From positions 12,338,001 through 12,402,000 of the forward strand of contig OX597840.1 in NCBI GenBank assembly GCA_951406725.2: DNA of 64,000 nt, written 5' to 3'. The DNA comes from Octopus vulgaris. Taxonomy: Eukaryota. The position numbers and the translations under genes were made by a program. Shown in pieces: positions 27,056 through 40,490 of the stretch (position 1 is its first letter; every line of letters begins with the position of its first letter). Below the pieces are notes generated by a model, which did no database searches, had not been told where the DNA came from, and saw nothing but the letters and a program-made list of their open reading frames with translations.

Positions 27056-27642
27056 ATATATATTAATTTTCCATTATGGTTTTCACTTGTGGCCTCTAAC
27101 ATTAACATCTCTCACAAGTACTAATATTCTTTTATATTCTTTTATTCTTTTACTCGTTTCAGTCATTTGACTATGGCCATGCTAGAGCACCACCTTTAGT
27201 CAATCGTCATCATTGTTGTTTAACGTCTGATGGCATGGGTTGGACAGTTTGACATGAAGCTGGTTAGCATGGTGCTGGCCAGACTCTCCAACTGGCATGG
27301 TTTCTATGGTGGGATGCCCTTCCTAATGCCAACCACTTAACAGAGTGTGTTGCATAAACAGACTGTGCACAGGTGTGCTTATGCAGCACCAGCATAGGTG
27401 TAGCAGCACAGGTGCTTTTTAAGTGGCACTGAAAGAAGAAGCCTGTATAAGTGGAAGACAATGATTTTACTTAGCTTGACATGTCTTATCAAGTACAGCA
27501 AATCACCACATCTCCCGGTCCTTTGTCATTTCCTCAGTGAAGCTACCCCTTCCCACTGGTAGATCTCCACAATTAGAGCTCGGCACTTCTTTATGCAGCT
27601 GTCCTTGTTGATATGCACGCATATATATACATACCTTATATA

Positions 27643-27705
<63 letters not shown>

Positions 27706-27707
<2 letters not shown>

Positions 27708-28108
27708 TCTTTTAATCTTTTACTTGTTTCAGTCATTTGACTGAGGCCATGCTGGAGCACCGCCTTTAGTTGAGCAAATCGACCCCGGGACTTATTCTTT
27801 GTAAGCCCAGTACTTATTCTAGCGTTCTCTTTTGCCAAACCACTAAGTGACAGGGACGTAAACACTCCAGCATTGGTTGTCAAGTAATGCTAGGGGGACA
27901 AACACAGACACACAAACACACACGTACATATATATATATACATATATATGACAGGCTTCTTTCAGTTTCCGTCTACCAAATCCACTCACAAGGCATTGGT
28001 CGGCCCGGGGCTATAGCAGAAGACACTTGCCCAAGATGCCACGCAGTGGGACTGAACCCGGAACCATCTGGTTGGTAAACAAGCTACTTACCACACAGCC
28101 ACTCCTAT
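27706..28108 (-). mobile_element. SINE family A
   Basis: Complete. Confidence 0.85.
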
Positions 28109-28184
28109 ATATATAATAACACAAATGGGCTGAGATTTATTACAAATGCTTCGGTTGTGTTTTTTTTTATTAAAATACCCTGAT

Positions 28185-28520
28185 TCCATTGAAGACACAC
28201 CTGAAGACCTAAAGACCATCACAGCTTGAAGGAACTTGGTTCTCATGATGTCTATGTCGTGTCCTACAGCCTTTGCAATGTTCACAGAGCATTGACCAGC
28301 AGACATGATGTCATCATTTTGACACCCAGCATGAATCATCACAATGCAGCTCTTTCCCAATATTCAGATGGCTTCCAGGCCTCTCATGTCAGCTAACTTC
28401 TCTTCAACTACAAATTTAATCATTATGCTCTCCAACGCTGTTGACTGTTCACCAAATATCAGGCTGTTCCTGATAAAAGGGGACATAAAGCTTTGCCTCA
28501 AATTTTTCCCAAACACCCTC
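28185..28520 (-). pseudogene. Tc1/mariner transposase-derived fragment
   Basis: Minus-strand IMRTKFLQAVMVF resembles the TK(F/H)PxxVMV(W/F)G motif of Tc1/maT transposases. Confidence 0.45.
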
Positions 28521-28539
28521 TTTTTTTTTTTTTTTTTTT

Positions 28540-28937
28540 TACTCTTTTTACTTGTTTCAGTCATTTGACTGAGGCCATGCTGGAGCACCGCCTTTAGTCA
28601 AGCAAATCGACCCTAGGACTTATTCTTTTGTAAGCCCAGTACTTATTCTATCGGTCTCTTTTGCTGAACCGCTAAGTAACGGGGACATAAAGACACCAGC
28701 ATTGGTTGTCAAGCAATGCTAGGGGACAAACACAGACACACAAACACACACACACATGTATATATATACATATATACGACAGGCTTCTTTCAGTTTCCGT
28801 CTACCAAATCCACTCACAAGGCTTTGGTCGGCCCGGGGCTATAGTAGAAGATACTTGCCCAAGGTGCCACGCAGTGGGACTGAACCCGAAACCATGTGGT
28901 TGGTAGACAAGCTACTTACCACACAGCCACTCCTGCC
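28540..28937 (-). mobile_element. SINE family A
   Basis: Complete. Confidence 0.85.
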
Positions 28938-29252
28938 CTGTGTATATTTTTAATATATATATTTATATACATAAACATATGTATGTGTGTATGTACGTAT
29001 GTATGCATTCGTGCATGTATATATGTGTGTGCATACATACACACAGACACACACACACACACACACATATACATATATATTTACATGACTGTCCATACAT
29101 ATTCATTAGCAAAGAAATCAAACAAATCCTAATATTTACTACGATGAGGCAGCGCAATGGTTGACAGAAAACTAATCAGATCAAAAGGACTGCAATATAG
29201 CATCTTTACATAAATATATACATGTGTATATATATGTATATATAAACATATA

Positions 29253-29301
<49 letters not shown>

Positions 29302-29302
29302 A

Positions 29303-29341
<39 letters not shown>

Positions 29342-29484
29342 ATCGTTGATGATAGTGATGATGATACACATATTTGCATTATATATATATATATATACAT
29401 ATATTGCATTATATTATATGCATAAGAATGTATATATATATGTATGTGTGTATATATATACACAAACATATATATATGTATGTA

Positions 29485-29518
<34 letters not shown>

Positions 29519-29533
29519 CATATATACATATTT

Positions 29534-29600
<67 letters not shown>

Positions 29601-31030
29601 AACGTGTGTATGTGTGTGTATATATATATATATATATGTATGTATATATATATGCTAGAAGGTTTGGAGGTGATGTATTATATATTAGAAAAAATAAGGT
29701 ACTCAGAAATCTGTATATATATGTATACACACACACACACTCACATACATATAATTAGAAAGATGAATGAATCACAATTGCAAAGGGTGTCTTCACTCAG
29801 GAACTCCTCTCCTTTTATTCTTATTTTTATTTTTATCCTGCATTTCTCTGTAATATTCTTTTAACTCTTAGTATTGGCCCCGCATCTGTTCTATTGAAGA
29901 CCCTAATTTCCTCTACTTGGTAAATTGTTCTCCAGTCCTGACCTACCTTCGTGTCTGCCATATCAGCCCAGAAACTGACCAACTGTTCAAGTGACCAATT
30001 AACCGATCGACTGACTGACAGACTGACAGACTGACTGACTGACCAACCAGCCAACCAATCAACCAATCACTGACAGCAGTTTGCTGTGAGTCTTGATGGT
30101 GTTGAAGATATCGATCTGTTAGAAGGCATACTATTATACAGTAATGACTTCTCTTTGTGGTCAGATGTATGGATGGAAGGGTAGATGGACAGATAGATAG
30201 TCAGATAGGGAGGTTGATGAATGGAGGGATGGACAGATGGTGAAGCGATTTGTCTCTTAAAAAGAAATCTAGTTTTTCAATCTGGTTTTTCTTTCTTTTA
30301 TTGAGTCAGAAATCATTCATATTCCTGCTAGAAGGGAAAAAGATTTTAATCACAATGGCCACTAAAAGAAAAAGGAAAATTAAGTGATGCAATCTACATT
30401 TTGTAATTGCAACTATACCCAATCATTTATAAATTAAGTACAAAACCAATGGCTTTTGTGATCTGATAGTATCTGTGCTTGCATGTATCTGCATCTGAAA
30501 TGTTCCTCCTGAAAATACGAGTCCAGGTAAGGTTTTCTGTGGAAGATTCGCTGTTGCCTCTGCAAGCCCATCTTCCCAATACATGCCACTGATGTTCTCC
30601 GATGGCTTAGAGATATAGCACCACCAGGCATGTGCTGTCAGTAATTACTCAGGGTAGGCAGTTGGTGAGATTTATGTAGTAAAACACAAAAAAAAAAAAA
30701 ATAATAAATGAAACACAGGCGCATGACTGAGTTGAAGACAGATTTACTTCTGCCTTTATAACACATAAAGAAAACGGTGTTGTAGGAGTGTATGCAGCAT
30801 GTGTACTGCAGCACTATCATCTGTAGCTTAAATACTGAGACTGAAAAGCAGGGACGAATTATGCCTACCTCATCTACAAAAAAGTCAAATATTTTGTATT
30901 TTATGCATAGTAATCAGATTAACCTTCATAATTTTATTGAAGTAGGGTTAGAGCTAGGGTTGAATTAGAGTTAGGGTTAGCCCATTGTCTGTATTATAGT
31001 GCATTGTTATACAATTCAAAACTTTTTATT

Positions 31031-31069
<39 letters not shown>

Positions 31070-31073
<4 letters not shown>

Positions 31074-31211
31074 TGCAGGAGTTGCTGTGTGGTAAGTACC
31101 TTTCTTACCAACCACATGGTTCCAGGTTCAGTCTTCTACTATAGCCTCAGACCAACCAAAGCCTTGTGAGTGGATTTGGTAGACAGAAACTGAAAGAAGC
31201 CTGTCATATAC

Positions 31212-31242
<31 letters not shown>

Positions 31243-31618
31243 ATGTGTTTGTGTGTATGTGTTTGTCCCACCACCATCACTTGACAACCAATACTGGTGT
31301 CTTTATATCCCTGTAACTTAGCAGTTCAGCAAAAGGACCAATAGAAGAAGTACTAGGCTTACAAAGAATAAGACCTGGTGGTGGATTTGTTTGACTAAAG
31401 GTAGTGCTCCAGTATGGCCACAGTCAAACAACTGAAACAAATAAAAGAATATATATATATATCATCATCATCATCATCATCATTATCATCTGGTAGCGTT
31501 GCTTGCATGGCACCTTGGGCAAGTGTCTTCTACTATAGCCTCGGGCTGACCAAAGCCTTGTGAGTGGATTTGGTAGATGGAAACTGAAAGAAGCCCGTCG
31601 TATATATGTGTGTGTGTA

Positions 31619-31672
<54 letters not shown>

Positions 31673-31674
31673 CA

Positions 31675-31720
<46 letters not shown>

Positions 31721-32490
31721 TGTTGTTGTGTCTGTGTTTGTCCCCTCCCAACATCGCTTGACAACCGATGTTGGTGTGTTTACATCCCTGTAACATAGTA
31801 GTTTGGCTAAAAAGACTGATAGAATAAGTAAGTACTAGGCTTACAAAGAATAAGTTCTGGGGTCGATTTGCTCGACTAAAGGTGGTGCTCCAGCATGGCC
31901 ACAGTCAAATGACTGAAACAAGTAAAAGAGTAAAGAGTATGGTTTCTACATCTGGAAAGAGAGAAAGGTGCGCAGTCAAAGAACAAGATGCATACGAGGG
32001 AGAGCATAGGATGTCAATCTGTTTTCGTAGCCTCACTGGACCATGTATGGCTGCAGGGTGAGAAGCTTGCTTCCCAACCTTATGGTTCTAGGTTCAGTCC
32101 CACCTTGGGCATGTATCTTCTACTACAGCCTCAGGCCAAAGACTTGCAAATGGATTTGGTAGATGGAAACTGAAAGGAGCCCATCATACATACATGTATG
32201 CGTGTGTGTGTGTGTGTGCATGTGTATGCATGCATGCATGTGTACTTGTATGTGTGTATGTGTGTATGTAAGTATGTGTGTGTCTTTGTGTCTGTGTTTA
32301 TTTCCTGCCACCACCTGGCAACCGGAATCAGTGTGTTTATATCCCTGTAACTTAGCAGTTCAGAGATAGAGACCAATACAATAAGTATGAGGCTTAAAAA
32401 TAAGCCCTGGGATTGATTATTTCAACTATAATTCCTCAAAGCGGTGCTCCAGGATGGCCATAGTCTAATGACTGAAGCAAGTAGAAGAAT
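31070..32490 (+). mobile_element. Three tandem SINE family A copies (31070-31450, 31505-31938, 32045-32490)
   Basis: Repeated head, core and tail; the third copy is more diverged. Confidence 0.8.
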
Positions 32491-32626
32491 AATACTGAAT
32501 ATGTATTGATATGTTTGAGGAGAGTGATTCTATTAAAGGTTACAAGCATATTCTCTCGTTGTTTATTTATATTCTTCCTCTTTTCCCCAAAAACTTTTTG
32601 ATCACGTCATCTCTGTAGCCATTTCA

Positions 32627-33112
32627 ATCATCATCATCATCATCATCGTTTAACGTCCGTTCTCCATGCTAGCATGGGTTGGACGGTTCGACCGGGGATC
32701 TGGGAAGCCAGAAGGCTGCACCAGGCCCCAGTCTTATCTGGCAGAGTTTCTACAGCTGGATGCCCTTCCTAACGCCAACCACTCCGTGAGTGTAGTGGGT
32801 GCTTTTTACGTGCCACCTGCACAGGTGCCAGGCGAGGCTGGCAACGGCCATGGTCGGATTGGTGCATTTTACGTGCCACCGGCACGGAAGCTAGTTGAGG
32901 CGGCGCTGGCATCGGCCACGAGTCGGATAGTGCTTTTTACGTACCACCAGACCAGGGGTCCTGGCTGGTTCAATTCGATTTCAATTTCGATTTCGCTTGC
33001 CCCAACATGTCTTCGCAAGCAAAGGGGGTTGGCATGGGTGCCTGTCATCGGATGAGGTTCTATATCGACTTCGCTTGCTTCAATAGGTCTTTGTGTCCAA
33101 GGGAGGAAAGGC
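32627..33112 (-). mobile_element. RTE-type LINE 3' UTR
   Basis: (CAT)n-CGTTTAACGTCCG tail and internal TTTTACGTGCCACCGGCAC subrepeats. Confidence 0.75.
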
Positions 33113-33532
33113 TATAGAAAAAGGCTATAGAATGGCTATAGAAAACCTATTCCTATTGAAAGAGCCTCACAGAGGATGTGGAAAGACAAAAATTTTCGAG
33201 AAAATAAGAAAAAGTTTAATGGACAAACAGCAACCAGCAGTGAATATGTTTGTAGATTTTAATATCACACTTTCAAAATACAACAAAAACTAGTTTCAAC
33301 ACATGATTTCAGATTAAAATTCTTGCAAAATAAATAAATTCAAAACTGAGAGATTGAAAATGGGTTTATATTAATTTTAATTTTAACTTATCATTATGCG
33401 TACAATAGATTTACTACCCAGCATCGAGGCTAGAATAGTAACTGTACAGGAATATTTTTATGTTTTTTAATGGTTTAAAAACCCTGATTGGATTTAACTG
33501 AGATGGTTGACTTAAAAATACTTTACAGTATA

Positions 33533-33857
33533 CTAGCATTATGACCCGTTGTTACTACATATAATTCAATTGTTATTATTATCTCTAATTTTTATTGTTA
33601 AAGTAAAAGTATCTGACATAAAATAGAGAAATGTTTTTGTTTCACTTTTAACACGTAATACTGAAATAGCGGAGAAGATATGATATTGCTATGGGATCAC
33701 CCTACGCAAGAAGTTGAACATTTTTTTGTCGATGACACTCCCCAGACCCTAAGTAAAGCATGTGTAAAATTTGAATGAAATTGGTTGTGTAGTTCTCAAG
33801 TTTTAGGGAAACACACAGACAGACAGACACACATTCTCAGTTTTATATATATAGAGA
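33533..33857 (-). mobile_element. Non-autonomous Helitron
   Basis: Minus strand A|TCTCTATATAT...GGGTCATAATGCTAG|T; ends resemble those of 62070-62428. Confidence 0.65.
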
Positions 33858-34026
33858 TTACTGTCATCATCATGATCATCATCATGATGATCATCATCAT
33901 TTAATGTCCACTTTCCATGCTGGCATGGGTTGGACAGTTTGATATGAGTTGGCTAGGCAGAAGACTGCACCAGGCTTCAGTGTCTGTTTTGTCATGGTTT
34001 TTCTGTGTGTATGTGTGTGTGTATAT

Positions 34027-34263
34027 ACTCTCTCTCTTTTTACTCCTTTGTTTCAGTCTTTTGACTGTGGCCATGCTGGAGCACCGCCTTTAATCGAGCA
34101 AATCGATCCCAGGACTTATTCTTTGTAAGCCTAGCACTTATTCTATCGGTCTCTTTTGCCGAACCGCTAAGTTACAGGGATGCAAACACACCAGCATCGG
34201 TTGTCAAGCGATGTTGGGGGGGACAAACACAGAGACACAAACACATACACACATACACATATA

Positions 34264-34300
<37 letters not shown>

Positions 34301-34457
34301 ACTGGCTTCTTTCAGTTTCCTTCTTCCAAATCCACTCACAAAGCTTTAGTCGGCCCGAGGCTATAGTAGAAGACACTTGCCCAAGGTGGCATGCAGTAGG
34401 ACTGGACCCGGAACCATGAGGTTTGTAAGCAAGCTACTTACCACACAGCCACTCCTA
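34027..34457 (-). mobile_element. SINE family A
   Basis: Complete. Confidence 0.85.
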
Positions 34458-35017
34458 TGGTATTTGAACTCAGAACATATTGGCAGATGAAATACCGCTA
34501 AGCATTTCGTCCAGCACACCAACGTTTTTGCCAGCTCACCTTGATGTGTACATATATATATCATCATCATCATCGTTTAACATCCGCTTTCCATGCTAGC
34601 GTGGGTTGGACGATTTGATTGAGTGCTGGCAAAGCAGATGGCTGCACCAGGCTTCAATCTTGATCTGGCAGAGTTTCTACAGCTCGATGCCCTTCCTAAT
34701 GCCAACCACTCCGAGAGTGTAGTGGGTGCTTTGCACGGGGCCAGTCAGGCGGTACTGGCAACAACCTCGCTCGAATATTTTACACATGCTACTGGCACAG
34801 GTGCCAGTAAAGTGATGCTGGTAACGATCACGCTCGAATGGTGTCTTTTACGTATATGTATGTATATAGCATCATCCTTTATCCATGCTGGCTCAGGCTG
34901 GATGGTTTGAAAAGAATAGATGAACCAGAAGGCTACGCCAGGTTTGATGTCTGCTTTGGCATGGTTTCTACAGCTGCCTGTTCTTCCTAATGCCAACCAT
35001 TATACAGAGTTCTGGGT

Positions 35018-35992
35018 GCACACATACAAACATACATACACACACACACACACAAGCACATGCACACAAACTCACCCAGATACACAAACACACATACACA
35101 CAAACAAACATGCACACACCCAAATACACTTTCATACACACACACAAGCACAAGCAAACATACATGGATATTCACATGCATGCAAACACACATTTGCACG
35201 CACGCACATAAACATACATACACAAACTTGCACACACACACACATACACACACACATATAAACACACACACACATATAAACACACACACAAGCACACACA
35301 AACACACACATTTGCACACACATACATGCAAACACACACACACAAATACACATGTGCTCAAACACATGCACACATACACACATGCTAAAACACATACACA
35401 CACACACACAAATACACGCGTACTCAAACACACACACAGACACACATAGACACACATACATGCAAACACATACACACAAATACACACGTGCTCAAACACA
35501 TGCACACATACATACATGCTCAAACACACACACACATTTGCACACACAATCACAAACACACACACACACACACACAAATACACACGTACTCAAACACACA
35601 CACACAGACACACATTGACACACACACATGCAAACACATACACACAAATACACACGTGCTCAAACACACAGACACACACACACACACATACACACACACA
35701 AACACACAGGCAAACACACACACACACATACAAACATACACACACAAACACACAGACAAACACACACACACATACAAACATACACACACAAACACACAGA
35801 CAAACACACACACACATACAAACATACACACACAAACACACAGACAAACACACACACACATACAAACATACACACACAAACACACAGACAAACACACACA
35901 CACATACAAACATACACACACAAAACACACAGACAAACACACACACACATACAAACATACACACACAAACACACAGACAAACACACACACAC
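35018..35992. repeat. Degenerate (CA)n array with about 42-bp higher-order repeats
   Basis: Direct inspection. Confidence 0.9.
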
Positions 35993-36646
35993 TAGAGCAT
36001 TACCTGTCATATGATGGGTCACATTCTATTACCAGCAAATGTCTGATTCATTCATCCAATGTATATATATATGTAGAAAATAATATTTATCTCATGACAA
36101 GTGACAAGTTTAATGCATTGAAATTGAGAGCTAGAATGGCAAGTGCATTAATTAATATTTGACAGAAATGAAGTTAATCACCTCCTTTACTGTGGCCATT
36201 TAAGGTGATTATTACCTCTGTCTTAACGAAGGCGGAGGTATTGTTTTTAGTTGTGTTTGTTTGTTTGTCTGTGGACAAGATATCTTGAGAGCTGCTGAAT
36301 GGATTCGAATGAAACTTACAAGAATGTTTGGTATCGTGACTGGCATGAACTGATTAAATTTTGGGATCGATCTGGTACCAGACAAGGATTCTGGATTACT
36401 TTTCCTCTTTTTTTACTTAATTTTTGAGAGCGGCTGGGCTCATTTTTAGTATTCTCGTTTGTGAGAGAGGTCGAGTTTATTTCTGATATTCTTATTTTAA
36501 AAATTACAGAGTTGTACTTGCATAGCAAGTGACCTGATCTGAGATTGTGTGCTAGAATGAAAACAATTGCAGCATGGAAGGTGTTTATAAGCCATTTAAG
36601 AAACACACAAAAACCGTTAGATTCACTCCAACATTTAAATTTAATT

Positions 36647-36865
36647 TACTCTTTTACTCTTTTACTTGTTTCAGTCATTTGACTGCGGCCATGCTGGAGC
36701 ACCGCCTTTAATCGAGCAACTCGACCCCAGGACTTATTCTTTTTGTAAGCCCAGTACTTATTCTATCGGTCTCTTTTGCCGAACTGCTAAGTAACGGGGA
36801 CATAAACACACCAGCATCGGTTGTCAAGCAATGCTAGGGGAACAAACACAGACACACAAACATAT

Positions 36866-36906
<41 letters not shown>

Positions 36907-37028
36907 TACGACAGGCTTCTTTCAGTTTCCGTCTACCAAATCCACTCACAAGGCATTGGTCGGCCCGGGGCTATAGCAAAAGACACTTGCCTAAGATGCC
37001 ACGCAGTGGGACTGAACCCGGAACCAGG
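36647..37028 (-). mobile_element. SINE family A, head truncated
   Basis: Part of the duplicated composite block shared with 50601-51803. Confidence 0.85.
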
Positions 37029-37462
37029 TTATAAATATTGAGTGTAACAACACTCTTGGAAGTATTGCAAATATTTTATCAATATTAAATTAGCATTTAA
37101 ACTGGCTATATCAGACCAAAATATTCTGTTAATTCTACGTTCAAACTGACCAGATCCAGCCTTTCACACCCACCCTACATTGTCATTCTAATAAATAACC
37201 AATCATATTGCCAAGATCTTGAAGCCACAAGATGTGTACTTAACATGAGAAATAGAGTGGTTGTGTTTTTTATTGCCAGGCAAAATTTTAATGATTATGG
37301 GATATTTGTAGGGTTTTTAATAATGCCAAGTACAAAACTTGGATTAAAACTATGTTAGCATTCTGGTCAGTTATATGCTGTAACTGCTCAACAATATATA
37401 CATATATATTAAGGCAGTGAGTGGGCAGAAATGTTAGCATGCCGGGCAAAATGCTGGAAAGT

Positions 37463-37634
37463 TTTACAGATTTACAGTTCTAGTGATGGATTCGATCTGT
37501 AGTGTTCGAATTAGCTTTCTCCTTTTTGATTTTGAGAAGCCTAATTTCTCAAGATTAGTATTTAGGTAGTGTGTTACGTATCCCACTGCCCCAATAATTA
37601 CATGTATAAACCTGAATTCGTAATCTGGATAGAG
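37463..37634 (-). pseudogene. RLE-clade (R4/Dong/NeSL-like) non-LTR retrotransposon C-terminal fragment
   Basis: LYPDYEFRFIHVIIGAVGYVTHYLNTNLEKLGF...LQ matches the P(I/V)(I/V)IGALG...L..LG...Q end of RLE ORFs. Confidence 0.6.
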
Positions 37635-37714
37635 TATGTATGTGTGTGTGTATGTATGTATGTGTGTGTGCAAACCACCTAAAAAAAAAGAATATATATA
37701 TATATATATTATTG

Positions 37715-37918
37715 ATTCTTTTATTCTTATACTTGTTTCAGTCATTTGACTGTGGCCATGCTGGGGCACCACCTTTAGTCAAGCAAATTAAATTCTGGAC
37801 TTATTCTTTGTAAGCTTAGTTCTATCAGTCTCTTTTGCTGAACTGCTAAGTTATGGGGACGTAAACACACCAACATTGGTTGTTAAGCGACGTTGGAGGG
37901 ACAAATACAGGCACACAA

Positions 37919-38002
<84 letters not shown>

Positions 38003-38350
38003 GACGGGCTTTTTTCATTTCCCGTCTACCAAATCCACTCACAAGGCTCTTGTTGGCCCGAGGTTATAGTAGAAGACACTTGCCCAAGGTGCCATGCAGT
38101 GGGACTGAACCCAGAACTATGTGGTTGGTAAGCAAGCTACTTACCACACAGCCACTCCTGCGCCTATATGCATATAAATATATATATATATATATATTTA
38201 ACACACAATAGGCTTCTTTCAGTTTCCATCTACCAAATTCACACATAAGGCTATTGTCGGCCCGAGGTTATAGTAGAAGACACTTGCCCAAGGTGCCATT
38301 CAGTGGGACTGAACCCAGAATCCTGTGGCTGGTAAGCAAGCTATTTACCA
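37715..38350 (-). mobile_element. SINE family A, full copy plus an extra head
   Basis: 37715-38166 complete; 38208-38350 head only. Confidence 0.8.
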
Positions 38351-38539
38351 CATGACCAATATCTTTATTTACATTTATATGTATGCATATGTGGACATGC
38401 AGAAGATATGGATCCTAAATACATGTGCAGGTATACATGTAGCAATACATGTGTATGAGCATGTGACATGCATGCATGTCTTTGTCTCCTCTTTCTCTTG
38501 CTCCCCCACCCACTCCACAGGTATTTCATACCTGTTAAT

Positions 38540-38822
38540 CATTTGACATCGCACAAGCAATAAAACACAGAAGAGTCTTTAAAGTGATGAAGGAAAGTCC
38601 TCCAGCCACGCCCTCTCCTCCTCTCGTGCTCTCGGAGTTTACTGACAGACCAAGCTTGGTGATTAAGTTAATGACTAATGATTAATGAGAAGTCAACCAT
38701 TGAGATATCGGTCTTATGGTTCTGCTACAGGTGTTCTGTGACAGTTAAAGCATCAAGGTGATTGATGGAAGAACGAGCAAACAATTTTGAGGCAGGTGTT
38801 AACACACCTGTCCGTTAATGAA
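38540..38822. promoter_or_regulatory. Candidate developmental enhancer (PBX-HOX, MEIS and E-box cluster)
   Basis: Unique island with TGATTGATGG (38759-38768), two TGACAG, three CAGGTG/CACCTG and a TAAT cluster. Confidence 0.3.
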
Positions 38823-39258
38823 TGTGTTTGTGTGTGTGTGTGTGTTTGTGTGTGTGTTTGAGTGTGCTTGTAGGCATGTCTGGGAATGTGTGAGTGTGTG
38901 TGTCTGGGATTGTATGTGTGTAAGTATGTGTATTCATGTGTGTGAGTGCAAGAGGGTGTTTGTGTATGTGTGAGAGTGTGTCTCCATATGTTTATGTGTG
39001 TGTGTGTGTGTGTATGAGTGAGTTTGTATGTGTGAGTTTGTGTGTGTGAGTGTATTTAAGAAAGAGTGTCTGAATATGCATGTGTGTGTGTCTGTGTGTA
39101 TGTGAGTGTGTGCGTGTGCGTGCGAGTTTGTGTGTGCACCGTCTGTGTGTGCGTATGTGTGCACGTGTGTGAATATGAGTGTCTGTGTATATCTGTGTAC
39201 ATGTATGTATATCTGTATGTTTATATAAATGGGTGAGAGTGGTTGTACTTCTATGATT

Positions 39259-39294
<36 letters not shown>

Positions 39295-39594
39295 GAGAGA
39301 AAGAAATAGAGAGAGAGACTGTGTGTGTGTCTGTGTGTGTGTAACTACATGTGAGAGAGAGAGAAAGAGAGAGTGTGTGTGTGTGTGTGTGTACAGAAAT
39401 GTGTGCATGCTAATGTATATTCAAGAAAAATATTGATCTCTTAGACCTCAACATCAGATTCCAAAATGATCAGGCAATAAAGCCTGTTAGTTTATTTACA
39501 TTCTCCCCTAGGGTAGCATAAAAGTGATGGGGTGGATAGAGGCTGCCCAGGGTGGAATTTTTTGTGGTGGGTACAACACTGTATTTGTTTTTTT

Positions 39595-39792
39595 TCGTTT
39601 TACTTGTTTCAGTCATTTGACTGCGGCCATGCTGGAGCACCACCTTTAGTCGAGCAAATCGACCCCAGGATTTATTCTTTGTAAGCACAGTACTTATTCT
39701 ATCGGTCTCTTTTGCCGAACCGCTAAGTGACAGGAACGTAAACACACCAGCATCGGTTGTCGAGCGATGTTGGGGGGACAAACACAGACACA

Positions 39793-39834
<42 letters not shown>

Positions 39835-40006
39835 CATATATATGACGGGTTTCTTTCAGTTTCCGTCTACCAAATCCACTCACAAGGCATTGGTCGGCCC
39901 GGGGCTATAGCAGAAGACACTTGCCCAAGATGCCATGCAGTGGGACTGAACCCAGAACCATGTAGTTGGTTAGCAAGCTACTTATCACACAGCCACTCCT
40001 GCACCT
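39595..40006 (-). mobile_element. SINE family A
   Basis: Complete. Confidence 0.85.
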
Positions 40007-40490
40007 GTATATGTATCCCTCTGTACAAACAGAGTTAGTGCTTCATTTGGCAGGCAACAGGAGAGGCTGTGGGAAAATAGGCATGTTTCTGGATTGGGTT
40101 TGATTGCCTCTTCATGTTCTCTCCACCAATCACAACCTGATGAGGAGGTGGTGAATTTCAGCTTGAGATCATACTGGTTTGATGAGCCTAACTTTGTCCC
40201 ACTGGCTCAACATGGCATGGCAGGAGGGATGCAGCTTTCTTTACACTTACCCAGGGGTAGTTTAGTCAATTGCTGCCCTCACCCAGTACTCAACTGGTAC
40301 TTGTTTTATTGATTCCATAAGAATGAAAGACAAGGTCGACCTCAGCAGAATTTGAACTCAGAACATAAGGCTGGTAGGCTAATAATCATATCAGTTTACT
40401 GTCTTAGGCATGTTTCTATATGGATCAAATGTAAGGTGGACCAGGCTATAGTGCTTTATTCATTGCTGAATGGAGCTGAAACCTGGACTG

